64,000 nt of DNA from Eubacteriales bacterium (lineage in GTDB: Bacteria > Bacillota > Clostridia > Christensenellales > UBA1750): positions 63,430 through 127,429 of the forward strand of contig JAVBNW010000045.1 of the NCBI GenBank assembly GCA_031551255.1. The letters are read 5' to 3'. The first letter of the stretch is position 1; each line of letters opens with the position of its first letter. The notes beneath the pieces are model-generated. The model searched no databases, had not been told where the DNA came from, and worked only from the letters and a program-made list of their open reading frames with translations. The translations under genes were made by a program, and so were the position numbers. This document shows, one piece after another, positions 9,247 through 18,030 of this stretch.

Positions 9247-9420
9247 CCCATGGCATTGCGGTGTCATGGGCGATTGCCGCTTCGTGAAACATCCTCTTCC
9301 TAAATAAGCTGAGGCTTCTTTGGGATGGAGAAGAACGAAAAACGCGCGCATTCGTTTTCCGCCCCATCGTTCTCAGCCCCCAAAACCGCCGCGCCGATAC
9401 AGCGACGTACGAAGCAGTAA
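9247..9420 (+). repeat. Hairpin-repeat family copy directly 3' of the 9218 stop
   Basis: 9247-9270 is cccatggcat-TGCG-gtgtcatggg, 10 bp including 2 G-U-type pairs. 9291-9300 is aTCCTCTTCC, abutting 9301-9324 (taaataagc-TGAG-gcttctttggg). This is followed by gaagaacgaa...ttcgttttc arms. Confidence 0.7.
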
Positions 9421-9523
9421 GCTGTTCAGAGGGATGTCGATTTGGGTTTCTCTGCTTGATTATTTTGTAGATTTATTTTATGGTTATAGTGAAGATAATT
9501 CATATAATATGAGGTAAGATATT

Positions 9524-10147
9524 TTGAAAAACATAATCATTGCGGGCGTGGGTCGAAACGGAAAAACAACATTAGCAAAAAAAATAAACGAAGAACTGAA
9601 TTACTTTGTTATCAGCCTTGATAAACTTATGACCGCGTTTGGGAAAGCATATCCGCAACTAGATATTAGAATTGCGTGGAATTATGAGAAAGCCACAGCC
9701 AACATAGCGCCGTTCCTTGGTCATTATCTTGGTATGCTTTTATCCGATCATGGCTATGCTGACAATTTAAACTTGCATACGCACGCCATAAAAGGAAATA
9801 AGTTTGTGTTGGAAGGAGGGCATTATGACTTTGAGATAATATCGTCCATCCTGAAGATCTATGGAATAGAAGAACTGAAAGACAGTTTTATTCTAATTGG
9901 GTTGGTGCAAAACAATAAAACGGCTGATGAATTTTTTAACGACTTAAGGAAATACGATACGGAAGACGAATGGACATATAGTTTCAATGATGAAGAGTTG
10001 AGAGATTTTAGTGAAATGCTTCTTAGATGGAATCATAAGTTTGCTGATTATTTGTTGCATCACGGTTTTACGCTTTATGATACATCGGTGGAACGAGAGC
10101 GGGTTTTTGATAGAATCATTGATGATATTAAGTTAAAGTTGGTGTAG
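9524..10147 (+). CDS. P-loop NTPase (adenylate/nucleoside-kinase-like), uncharacterised
   Basis: 207-aa ORF with a TTG start. Walker A motif in IIIAGVGRNGKTTLAKK. It lies in a visibly AT-rich islet. Confidence 0.6.
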   Translation: MKNIIIAGVGRNGKTTLAKKINEELNYFVISLDKLMTAFGKAYPQLDIRIAWNYEKATANIAPFLGHYLGMLLSDHGYADNLNLHTHAIKGNKFVLEGGHYDFEIISSILKIYGIEELKDSFILIGLVQNNKTADEFFNDLRKYDTEDEWTYSFNDEELRDFSEMLLRWNHKFADYLLHHGFTLYDTSVERERVFDRIIDDIKLKLV

Positions 10148-10344
10148 CAGAAGAATCGCGGACTCAAGCCTACAAAATAGGCCTCCCCGCAGTATAAGCA
10201 TTTGCTGTAAGGGGCTTGGAGGCTCCCAACAAGCGAAAACGGCAAGTGTCAATACAGGTCGTGTGTTTTGGGGCAAAAAAAGCCGCCGGACAGGCTATTT
10301 GACCTTTCGCAGCGGTTGATGCAGAAAATGCTTATTTTGTGTGT

Positions 10345-11151
10345 TTATGTGTTTAAGAGATATTTGTTAATCCAAATTGATATGCCCTCATTATCATTTG
10401 TTTCGGTTATATAATCAGCAACCTGTTTAACTTTGTCTATAGCATTTCCCATGGCGACACTAATCCCGGCGGATTTAAGCATTTCCATGTCGTTTATATC
10501 ATCTCCGAATACAATTATATCAGACAATGCTATACCAAAATATTCCGAAGCCTTTGTCAGTGCGTGTTCTTTTATGGCATTTTTGTTTAAAATCATTGCT
10601 GTGCCATCAGAAGTAACAAAGAAGTTGGTTTCTTCTGTTACACAGTCATATAATTTACTTTTATCATCGTGTTTGTCAAACTCTATTCGTATTCGTTGAA
10701 CTGCATGTCTTGGTAGTTCAAAGATGGTGCATTTTATTTTTTCACCTGTCTCGTTATTCCAATTTTCTCCACTTAAATTACTATAACTCCATGGTTCATG
10801 CATGACGCCAATTTTTGAGTTTGGATAAATCTCGATTAATCTATGTATAATTTCCATAGCGTTTTCATAAGAAATCACGTTGCTTTCTATTGATGCACTT
10901 GATGTATCCCCGACACATATTTCAGCGCCGTTATAATAAGCGATAAAATCACAGGGTAGACCAAATTGGTCTGTGAAAAAAGGTCTTTTTATTACTTCCG
11001 CTTTTAATGGACGTGCCCGACCCGTGATGTAACCAATAAGCATTCCTTTATATTTACAATTTCTTATTGCTTGAATACTGTTCGGAGTAATTATTTTTTT
11101 TGATGTCAGCAAGGTATCATCCAAATCAAACAAAAGCAATTTTTTACCCAT
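10345..11151 (-). CDS. Cof-type HAD-IIB family phosphatase
   Basis: 268-aa ORF with motif I LLLFDLDDTLL, ITGR, and motif IV VFGDDINDMEMLKSAGISVAMGNA. It lies in the AT-rich islet. Confidence 0.85.
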   Translation of the reverse strand: MGKKLLLFDLDDTLLTSKKIITPNSIQAIRNCKYKGMLIGYITGRARPLKAEVIKRPFFTDQFGLPCDFIAYYNGAEICVGDTSSASIESNVISYENAMEIIHRLIEIYPNSKIGVMHEPWSYSNLSGENWNNETGEKIKCTIFELPRHAVQRIRIEFDKHDDKSKLYDCVTEETNFFVTSDGTAMILNKNAIKEHALTKASEYFGIALSDIIVFGDDINDMEMLKSAGISVAMGNAIDKVKQVADYITETNDNEGISIWINKYLLNT

Positions 11152-11291
11152 TATATCCCCCCGCTAATATAAATACTCTGTAGCGCCAGTACTTATTTAA
11201 GTAAGAATATCATAGAAAGTCTCTCTGTTCAATCTGATATTTTGGTCCTATCTTGACACCAACACATTTCCTATGCTTGTTGCTCAATGAA

Positions 11292-11340
11292 TGCCAAGAG
11301 CGGGTAGTGTTTGCAAAGCAAACACTACCCGCTCTTGGCA
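11292..11340. repeat. Perfect 23-bp-stem / 3-nt-loop hairpin at the AT-rich/GC-rich boundary
   Basis: tgccaagagcgggtagtgtttgc-aaa-gcaaacactacccgctcttggca. There is no flanking T or A tract. Confidence 0.9.
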
Positions 11341-11445
11341 TGAGACATGACTTGATCATTGCCCTACAATCCACCTTACCGTACCCACGATCATGGGGAA
11401 GAGAATGACGAACGTGCACGCGCACCTTCCCTCGGCGTTCCAACT

Positions 11446-11554
11446 CCTCAAAAACGCCGCAGCGATTTTGAGGAAGAGGAGGGGCCACGGAGCAGACGTA
11501 CCCCCGCGACATCGCAATGTTGCGGGGGTACGAAGCGCAGTGCGCCCCGACGAG
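11446..11554. repeat. Hairpin-repeat family copy directly 3' of the asnS stop
   Basis: 11446-11473 is cctcaaaaacgc-CGCA-gcgattttgagg, followed by GGAAGAGGAG at 11472-11481. 11499-11530 is tacccccgcgacat-CGCA-atgttgcgggggta (14 bp). 11534-11554 is an exact inverted copy of the 21-nt box at 18908-18928. Confidence 0.8.
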
Positions 11555-11567
11555 TACCCCGACGGGT

Positions 11568-12965
11568 TTAGAATTCCGCGTTCTTGGGCGTGCGCGGGAA
11601 GGGCAGCACGTCCCTTATGTTGGAGACGCCGGTTAGATACATGATCAGACGCTCAAAGCCTATGCCATACCCGGCGTGCTTTACGCCGCCGTACTTGCGC
11701 AGTTGCAGGTACCAGTCATAGTCCGCTACCTCCATGCCCACTTCGGCGATGCGGCGCTCGAGCACATCCAGCCGCTCCTCGCGCTGGCTGCCGCCGATCA
11801 GCTCGCCGATGCCGGGCACGAGCATATCGGTGGCGGCGACGGTTTTTTCATCGTCGCTCAGGCGCATGTAGAACGCCTTGACTTCCTTGGGATAGTCGGT
11901 GACGAATACCGGGCGCTCAAACGTCTTTTCTGATAGGTAGCGCTCGTGCTCGGCCTGCAGGCCGCCGCCCCAATCGGGCTTGTATTCGAAGCTCTGCCCG
12001 CTTTTTTGAAGGATGTCGATCGCCTCTGAATAGCTTATGCGCGCAAAGTCGGAAAGCGCGGAGCCTTCAAGCCTCTCAATTAGGCCCTTGTCGACAAACG
12101 CGTTTAAGAATTCGAGCTCTTCGGCCGCATGGTCGAGCACGTAGCGGATCACCGATTTTGTCATTGCCTCGGCGAGGTTCATGTCGTCTTCCAGATCCGC
12201 AAACGCGATTTCCGGCTCAATCATCCAAAACTCCGCCGCGTGCCTTGGCGTGTTGCTGTTTTCGGCGCGAAACGTGGGGCCGAAGGTGTATACGTTGCGA
12301 AACGCCAGCGCAAACGCCTCGGCGTTGAGCTGACCGGATACCGTAAGGTGGGATTCCTTGCCGAAAAAGTCGGCGGCGTAATCCACCGCGCCTTGCGGCG
12401 TCTTGGGCGGGTTCTTAAGATCGAGCATCGTCACCCGAAACATCTCGCCCGCGCCCTCGGCATCGGAGCCGGTGATGAGCGGGGTGTGCACATACACAAA
12501 ATCTCGCTCGGCGAAGAATTTGTGGATCGCGTAAGCGGCCAGCGAGCGGATGCGGAATACCGCGCTGAATAGGTTTGTTCGCGGGCGCAAATGCGCGATA
12601 GTGCGCAGATACTCTACCGTATGGCGCTTTTTTTGCAGAGGATAGTCGGTGGTGGAAAGGCCCTCGATTGTGATCTCGTCGGCCTTGAGTTCGAAGGGCT
12701 GTTTCATGCCGGGCGTGATGACAAGCTCGCCGCTCGCGCGGATGGCGCTGCCCTCGGGGAGGCGGGCGATGTCTTTGAAATTATTCAGCCGCCCCTCCTC
12801 CATGACGATCTGCAGGTTTTTGAAAAAAGTTCCGTCGTTGAGCTCAATGAAGCCGAACGCCTTGGAATCGCGAATCGTGCGAATCCATCCGCTGACCTGA
12901 ATATGCGCGCCGGAGGCGGGCGTACCGGTAAACAGCGAGCGTACGGATACGGTGGCTGGTTGCAT
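11568..12965 (-). CDS. asnS: Asparagine--tRNA ligase
   Basis: 465-aa ORF. It has an N-terminal OB-fold ([22 protein letters not shown]), class II motifs, and the C-terminal ...[15 protein letters not shown] typical of AsnRS. Confidence 0.93.
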   Translation of the reverse strand: MQPATVSVRSLFTGTPASGAHIQVSGWIRTIRDSKAFGFIELNDGTFFKNLQIVMEEGRLNNFKDIARLPEGSAIRASGELVITPGMKQPFELKADEITIEGLSTTDYPLQKKRHTVEYLRTIAHLRPRTNLFSAVFRIRSLAAYAIHKFFAERDFVYVHTPLITGSDAEGAGEMFRVTMLDLKNPPKTPQGAVDYAADFFGKESHLTVSGQLNAEAFALAFRNVYTFGPTFRAENSNTPRHAAEFWMIEPEIAFADLEDDMNLAEAMTKSVIRYVLDHAAEELEFLNAFVDKGLIERLEGSALSDFARISYSEAIDILQKSGQSFEYKPDWGGGLQAEHERYLSEKTFERPVFVTDYPKEVKAFYMRLSDDEKTVAATDMLVPGIGELIGGSQREERLDVLERRIAEVGMEVADYDWYLQLRKYGGVKHAGYGIGFERLIMYLTGVSNIRDVLPFPRTPKNAEF

Positions 12966-13009
12966 CGTCTTTCCCCCCTTTCCCGCTTGCGCAGGAGTAA
13001 TAATTTACG

Positions 13010-13038
13010 ATTATAACACCGCCCGTCGGAATACGCAA
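13010..13038 (-). promoter_or_regulatory. Sigma-A-type promoter of asnS
   Basis: On the minus strand: TTGCGT (13038-13033), 17 nt, then TGtTATAAT (hexamer 13015-10). It lies about 45 nt upstream of the asnS ATG. Confidence 0.6.
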
Positions 13039-13101
13039 TCGAGGGCTCACATATCGATAGGATGTACAACAATGCATGCCGAATGGCACGGAGAAGAATG
13101 G

Positions 13102-13130
13102 AAAAAAGGCGGATGCCATCCGGCATCGCC
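13102..13130 (-). terminator. Orphan intrinsic-terminator-like hairpin plus U-tract (minus strand) between divergent genes
   Basis: The minus strand reads ggcgatgcc-ggat-ggcatccgcc followed by TTTTTT. No annotated minus-strand gene ends here. Confidence 0.4.
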
Positions 13131-13204
13131 CTTGCCAAGCCCTTCCTGTGCATAAGAGCCTTTAAATTTCGATGCAAGTCCTAGCAAATAGATGAGGTGA
13201 GACG

Positions 13205-14167
13205 ATGGGCGCGCTGATCGCCGCTTCCACGGTGCCTGGAACGCTGTATATCGACGGAAGGCCCGCCGCCGCGCTTTCGAGGCGGCCCGTGCGGACAGCC
13301 TTAGGCGAGGCCGGCGCCTATGTATTGTTTGCCCCGCACGAGGATGGCTATGTGCCCGTGGCGCGGGAAATCCGCATTGGAGAAGATGCGATGCCCGAAG
13401 GCGTGGGCGGCCTTGATGCCGTGGTATGGCCGGGCGGCACGCTAGAGGTGTATTTCCGGCCGATGCGCGCGCATGTGCCGCACATTGCCGCGACGGCGCC
13501 GTTTGCGGATGGCTCCGCTCGCCTTTTGAAGGGCGACAGGGTTTTGCTGGATGTGGACGGCATGCTGTTTCCGGTGGGGGACGGCCCGGGCTGCGGCCTG
13601 CGCGAGTTGCCCGGGGGTTGGCTGGCGGCATTTGCGCAAGAAGAGCAGGGCGAATCGCTGCTGATCGTCGCGCCGGGCGTTGCAGGGCCCGAGAGCATGC
13701 TCAGGGTATCGGGCGAGCAGGTGATGCTCTCGCAGGACGGCCTGCGCGTGCGCGTGCAGGAATACGAGCTGCCCGGAGCGGCACACCGATCCGTGCGGGA
13801 ATATCGGCGCGAGGACGACGGCTTTGAGGCGCTTGCCGCCAACGTAATTCCCAGCCCCGAGGCGGCCGCTTCGCCTAGAGACGCTGCGCGCGCGTTGACG
13901 GCGGCCATTCTCTTAGGCGCGTATGACGATGCGCTGGCGATGCTCACGCCCTCGCTGCGCTCGGTGGTGGATAGCCGCACGCTCGCTGATTTTTTCGGCC
14001 CGTTCGACGGCTATACCGACGCGCGCCACGCCACGCCCCCGCCCGGGCTCGAGCTGCTCGCGCTGCTAAGACCCGTGGGCGGCATGCACGTTGCGCGGCT
14101 CATGGCCTTTGAAGTGGTCAAGACGCAGGGTGGGTTGCGCATAGAAAATGTGAAGGCGTGGGAATAA
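13205..14167 (+). CDS. Hypothetical protein (320 aa), no recognised domain
   Basis: Track ORF. RBS is GAGGTGAG. Codon usage looks consistent with neighbours, and a clean terminator follows it. The overlapping antisense ORFs are Arg/Pro-rich artefacts. Confidence 0.6.
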   Translation: MGALIAASTVPGTLYIDGRPAAALSRRPVRTALGEAGAYVLFAPHEDGYVPVAREIRIGEDAMPEGVGGLDAVVWPGGTLEVYFRPMRAHVPHIAATAPFADGSARLLKGDRVLLDVDGMLFPVGDGPGCGLRELPGGWLAAFAQEEQGESLLIVAPGVAGPESMLRVSGEQVMLSQDGLRVRVQEYELPGAAHRSVREYRREDDGFEALAANVIPSPEAAASPRDAARALTAAILLGAYDDALAMLTPSLRSVVDSRTLADFFGPFDGYTDARHATPPPGLELLALLRPVGGMHVARLMAFEVVKTQGGLRIENVKAWE

Positions 14168-14195
14168 GCGCCGCGCGGCGGTTTGAAGAATTGAT

Positions 14196-14240
14196 GTGAC
14201 GGGATGCCCGATTGCGGGCATCCCGTCACTCCTTTTGTTT
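14196..14240 (+). terminator. Rho-independent terminator
   Basis: gtgacgggatgcccg-attg-cgggcatcccgtcac (15-bp perfect stem) followed by tccttttgttt. Confidence 0.85.
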
Positions 14241-14256
14241 CCCGGTTATGTTTTGA

Positions 14257-14285
14257 TTGTTTTGTGTTGCGATGCGCCCTATAAT
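14257..14285 (+). promoter_or_regulatory. Sigma-A-type promoter candidate
   Basis: TTGTTT (14257-62), 17 nt, then TATAAT (14280-85). It lies about 50 nt upstream of the 14334 ATG. Confidence 0.5.
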
Positions 14286-14333
14286 GGCGGTGTGGATAAG
14301 CCGTTCAGCACACATCATACGGGGAGGATTCCA

Positions 14334-15464
14334 ATGAAAAAAATTAATGTCGCCATCGTTGGGTTGGGGTTTGGAGGGGCGTTCGTCGAGATCTATCAGT
14401 CCCATCCCAATGTGGAAACTGTCGGCATTTATGATGTGAACAGAGAACTGACGCAAGCAGTATCAAGCGCATATGGGATACGCAAAATTTACGACAATTT
14501 TGAATCCATACTAAAGGACGATTCGGTGGATGCGGTCCATCTCGTAACGCCTATACCGCTGCATGAAGAGCAGACGATTGAGGTTTTACATGCGGGGAAG
14601 CATTGCGCGTGCACGGTTCCGATGGCGATATCGCTGGATGGGATCGACAAGATTACTAAGGCCGTTAGAAAGTCCGGCAAAAATTATATGATGATGGAGA
14701 CGACGCTATATACATATCAGTTTTTCTATGTTAAACAAATGATTGAAAGTGGGAAACTTGGGAAAATACAGTTTATGAGAGGGTCGCATTATCAGGATAT
14801 GGCAAATTGGCCTGACTATTGGATGGGACTGCCGCCAATGTACTATGGCACACATGCAATAGCGCCGATGGTCGCATTGAGTAGTTCGAGAATATGCCGC
14901 GTGAACGGCTTTGGTTCGGGAACGATGGATGAGGAGCTTGCGCAAAAATATAACAATCCATACCCGGTTGAGTGCGCAGTGTTTGAGTTTGAAAACGGCC
15001 TGAAAGGCGAAGCTACGAGATCGTTGTTTGAGACTGCGCGGGCATATCAGGAGGGATTTTTTGTTTATGGAAGCGATGCATGCTTTGAATGGGGTTTTTG
15101 CGATCATGATGATCCTTACGTAACCACCGCGTTTTCGGCAGAGAGCGGCAAAAGGGGCGGTACTTCCAAAGTCGAAGTGGTGCAAATGCCCAACTACCAC
15201 CAGCATCTGCCGCGAGAGATACAAAAATTCACCGTAGGCAGCAACTACGATCCGCTGAATCCGCAAATTTCATTGATGAAAGGAGCCGGGGCGGGTCATC
15301 ACGGCTCGCATCCCCATTTGGTGAACGAATACGTTAGCAGCATTGTGGAAGGCAGAAAGCCTTGGATTGACGAAGTGCTCGGCGGGAATATCACTGCCGC
15401 GGGGATATGCGCGCACGAATCCGCGATGAATCGTGGCGCGGCGATTGGCGTGCCGGTATTTTGA
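14334..15464 (+). CDS. Gfo/Idh/MocA family NAD(P)-dependent oxidoreductase
   Basis: Track ORF 14196..15464 starts inside the upstream terminator. ATG at 14334 follows GGGGAGGA. The Rossmann N-terminus is MKKINVAIVGLGFGGAFVEIY. Confidence 0.85.
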   Translation: MKKINVAIVGLGFGGAFVEIYQSHPNVETVGIYDVNRELTQAVSSAYGIRKIYDNFESILKDDSVDAVHLVTPIPLHEEQTIEVLHAGKHCACTVPMAISLDGIDKITKAVRKSGKNYMMMETTLYTYQFFYVKQMIESGKLGKIQFMRGSHYQDMANWPDYWMGLPPMYYGTHAIAPMVALSSSRICRVNGFGSGTMDEELAQKYNNPYPVECAVFEFENGLKGEATRSLFETARAYQEGFFVYGSDACFEWGFCDHDDPYVTTAFSAESGKRGGTSKVEVVQMPNYHQHLPREIQKFTVGSNYDPLNPQISLMKGAGAGHHGSHPHLVNEYVSSIVEGRKPWIDEVLGGNITAAGICAHESAMNRGAAIGVPVF

Positions 15465-15498
15465 TGCCGCGAGCATTTCCTCTTTATGCCGCACCAAC

Positions 15499-15533
15499 GC
15501 AAAGGCCTCCCCGGTGCGCGGGGAGGCCTTTGC
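15499..15533. terminator. Hairpin between convergent genes (probable bidirectional terminator)
   Basis: gcaaaggcctccccg-gtgcg-cggggaggcctttgc, a 15-bp perfect stem. Confidence 0.65.
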
Positions 15534-15552
15534 GCATTGCGTGCCAAGCGTT

Positions 15553-16404
15553 CTACTCGAAGCGGTACGTCACAAAAGCAAACTTCTCGCCGTCGGGCGA
15601 CCAGGAGTTGACGTTCATCGTGCCCTGCCCGCCGAAAGCCTTAAAAAGCGTCGTAAGCCCGCTGCCGTCGGCGTTCATTAGGCGGATTTCGATGTTCTTG
15701 TTCGCCGGGTGGTCGCCCGGCGCCACGTCGTCCTTGTAGTAGGCGACAAACACCACCTTTTCGTTGTCCGGTGAGATGTGCGGAAACCAGCTGTTTCTAT
15801 CGTCCGAAAACGTCATCTGCGTCTGCTGCGAGCCGTCCGCCCTCATGCGGAACGCCTGCATAAGGCCGGCGCGCACGGAGTTGAACCAGATGTATTTTCC
15901 GTCGGGCGAGTATTCGGGGCCGTCGTCAAGGCCCGGCGCGTCGGTCAGGCGGGTTTCCTCGCCGCCTTGTACGGGAATCGTGTATACATCGTAGTTGCCA
16001 TTCCGATCGGCGCAGTACGCGAGCGTCTTGCCGTCGGGGGAGATGCCGTGCAAATAGCTGGGCGAAAGCTCGGTCACCAGCCGCGGCGTGCCGCCTTCTA
16101 TGGGCAGCGTCCACACGCGGGATGCGCGCACATCCGGCGAGGAGGCGCTGATCGCCAGCAATTTACCGTCGGCGGAGATCACGTGGTCGTTGTTGCAGCG
16201 GCAGTCCCCGGTGTCGATCCTTAAGCTTTCTTTGCTCGCCAAATCGAAGGAGTAGATTCCGCCCGCGCTGTTGTATACCAGCCGCTTCCCGTCCGGCGTC
16301 CAGTTCGGGGCCTCGATGTGCTCGGAAAATTCTTTAAGAATCGTGCGCGTGCGCGTGGTGAGGTCGTAGCATTCCAGCACGCTGATCATGCTTTTGTCCG
16401 CCAT
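15553..16404 (-). CDS. TolB-like / PD40 beta-propeller repeat protein (no signal peptide seen)
   Basis: 283-aa ORF with repeated SPDGK/WTPDGK/YSPDGK motifs (PD40-type). Confidence 0.75.
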   Translation of the reverse strand: MADKSMISVLECYDLTTRTRTILKEFSEHIEAPNWTPDGKRLVYNSAGGIYSFDLASKESLRIDTGDCRCNNDHVISADGKLLAISASSPDVRASRVWTLPIEGGTPRLVTELSPSYLHGISPDGKTLAYCADRNGNYDVYTIPVQGGEETRLTDAPGLDDGPEYSPDGKYIWFNSVRAGLMQAFRMRADGSQQTQMTFSDDRNSWFPHISPDNEKVVFVAYYKDDVAPGDHPANKNIEIRLMNADGSGLTTLFKAFGGQGTMNVNSWSPDGEKFAFVTYRFE

Positions 16405-16415
16405 GCTTACCCTCC

Positions 16416-16868
16416 TTATGCCTTAGGCTTGATGTTCAGGTTGACGCCCAGGGTGTCCTCGGCGTCAACGATCGTCCAACTGGAGCCGGGATAGTAGCCG
16501 ATCGTGCGCATGTTGTAGCCCATCTCTTCCAGTTCGTCGATCACCGCGTCGCGCTTTTCGCCCACGCAAAAGCCCAGGTGGTGCACGCCGTTGCCGTGCT
16601 TATCTAAAAATTCGCGGAAGGTGGAGTCGTGCTCGTCCGGCTCGTGCAGCTCGATTACGAAATTGCCCGCGTTGATGACCGCGAACTTTAGGCCGTAGTA
16701 GGCGGGCTTGCCGCGATAGGTGAGGTTCGGGTTTTCCTTGGGCGGATTGTCGCGGATTTCCGGCTTGGGAACGCCGAAAAACTCGGCCCACGTTTCCGCG
16801 GCCTTTTCGATATCCTCCACCACGAGCGCGACTTGAATGAATCCCTGAAAATCGATGGTGTTTTTCAT
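16416..16868 (-). CDS. VOC (glyoxalase/bleomycin-resistance/dioxygenase) family protein
   Basis: Track ORF 16416..17018. ATG at 16868 follows CCGGAGGTG. The 150-aa product reads MKNTIDFQGFIQVALVVEDIEKA...GNGVHHLGFCV. Confidence 0.75.
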   Translation of the reverse strand: MKNTIDFQGFIQVALVVEDIEKAAETWAEFFGVPKPEIRDNPPKENPNLTYRGKPAYYGLKFAVINAGNFVIELHEPDEHDSTFREFLDKHGNGVHHLGFCVGEKRDAVIDELEEMGYNMRTIGYYPGSSWTIVDAEDTLGVNLNIKPKA

Positions 16869-16911
16869 GGCGCACCTCCGGGATTTTTTGGTACTATGAA
16901 TTGATTCTGTT

Positions 16912-16940
16912 ATGATAGCACCTTGCGTTCGCAAAGTAAA
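16912..16940 (-). promoter_or_regulatory. Promoter candidate for the VOC gene, with the palindrome TTGCGAACGCAA in the spacer
   Basis: On the minus strand: TTTACT (16940-35), 17 nt, then TATCAT (16917-12). The 12-bp palindrome is at 16923-16934. Confidence 0.35.
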
Positions 16941-17095
16941 CGCCGGGTCGGCATAGCGTTTGACCAGCCCTGCTCTTGAGATTTCTACAAAAAAGCAGGA
17001 AGAAATATCGGACGGCAATGCTCTTCTGACTTATTCCTATTTGGGTAAGTAGCTGATATAGATTATGCTTATAATAAACGCAATTCTCCGGGCTT

Positions 17096-17602
17096 TTAAA
17101 CTTCCTCGAATAATTCGTTAATGTAAGTAAATAATCCCCATGTTGTGAATGTTTCCTCGTCAATCATGCGGTTAATTTCATCGCCGCTTGCCCACATTGC
17201 TCCGCAGGTTTCATCAGGAGCAAGGGTCACGGTTGATATATCAACATTTTGCCGGAACAGCCATATATCAGCTAAACAATGGTTACAAATACATTTCCGC
17301 ATTTGATGTTTAATCATTCGCCCGTTCTGTGGTTCGAGAATAATGCCTAATTCTTCATTCGTTTCTTTTAATGCAGTAGTCAAACTGTCATCTCCGGCAA
17401 CCGCGTTTCCACCCGTGCATTCCCAAACATTAGGGAACGACTTATTTGACGATCTTTGCGAAATAAGGTATTCGCCGTTGTCGTTCTCAATCCATACATT
17501 AACCGAAAGATGGTATTCGCCTTTGCCCATGGGCTTGCCTCGCTCGTGAAGGCGACCTGTCGCCTTGCCGTTTTCGTCAAGAATAGCCCAAAGTTCAGCC
17601 AA
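17096..17602 (-). CDS. NUDIX hydrolase
   Basis: 168-aa ORF. The Nudix box variant is GGNAVAGDDSLTTALKETNEELGI. The gene lies in a visibly AT-rich patch. Confidence 0.8.
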   Translation of the reverse strand: MAELWAILDENGKATGRLHERGKPMGKGEYHLSVNVWIENDNGEYLISQRSSNKSFPNVWECTGGNAVAGDDSLTTALKETNEELGIILEPQNGRMIKHQMRKCICNHCLADIWLFRQNVDISTVTLAPDETCGAMWASGDEINRMIDEETFTTWGLFTYINELFEEV

Positions 17603-17699
17603 GCTTGTTCCCCCGTTCGCATAACACCATATTCACAATATAAATTGTTTTCATCTCTTATGTTTTGATTATGCACGCATATTTGGAAAAGCGCGTACT

Positions 17700-18030
17700 A
17701 GGCGTGCTGCAGACTGTCAAAAAAGCCTCGTGCCCTGCGTGATCTGGGAGGTTTGGAGGGCAGGGCGCTCCAAGTGCAATCGCCCGTCGGCGGCCGGAGC
17801 CGGGCGCGCGCAGTGCGCGATGAAGCCCGGCGGAAGGCCCGTAAAAACGGCAAAATGTGCGGCAAGCGCGCGGCTAAAATCGCGTTTTTGCTGACCGTGC
17901 GTCGTATGTTCCTCGTCGTGCTTCCTCGGCGGGGGGCTCACGGGGGGGGTACGCGTACCACCCGTGCCGTGAAACGGCGTGCCGCCAGATCATAAAAGCG
18001 CCGCAGCACTTTTTTGACAGGTTGTGCGCG
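17700..18030. repeat. ORF-free GC-rich hairpin-dense spacer directly 3' of the 18031 stop (degenerate members of the repeat family)
   Basis: Examples are 17994-18013 (aaaagcgc-CGCA-gcactttt), gccgt-gaa-acggc, the palindrome GGTACGCGTACC, and a G8 run. The track ORFs here are Arg-rich artefacts. Confidence 0.45.

Noticed and set aside
12966-13204. T-box leaders upstream of asnS (and of glnS at 52370-52817 and gltX)
   Set aside because: Good sigma-A promoters lie only about 35-45 nt from the asnS and glnS start codons, and I could not find the T-box consensus (..GGUGGUACCGCG..). The sequence agtaccgcggtgcg at about 47787 is on the wrong strand and location.
13047-13631. 194-aa minus-strand ORF spanning the asnS promoter region and the 13205 gene
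   Set aside because: Its product is Arg/Pro/Ala-rich and low-complexity. It crosses a promoter and a terminator-like hairpin. The plus-strand ORF is the more plausible gene, although it is itself uncharacterised.
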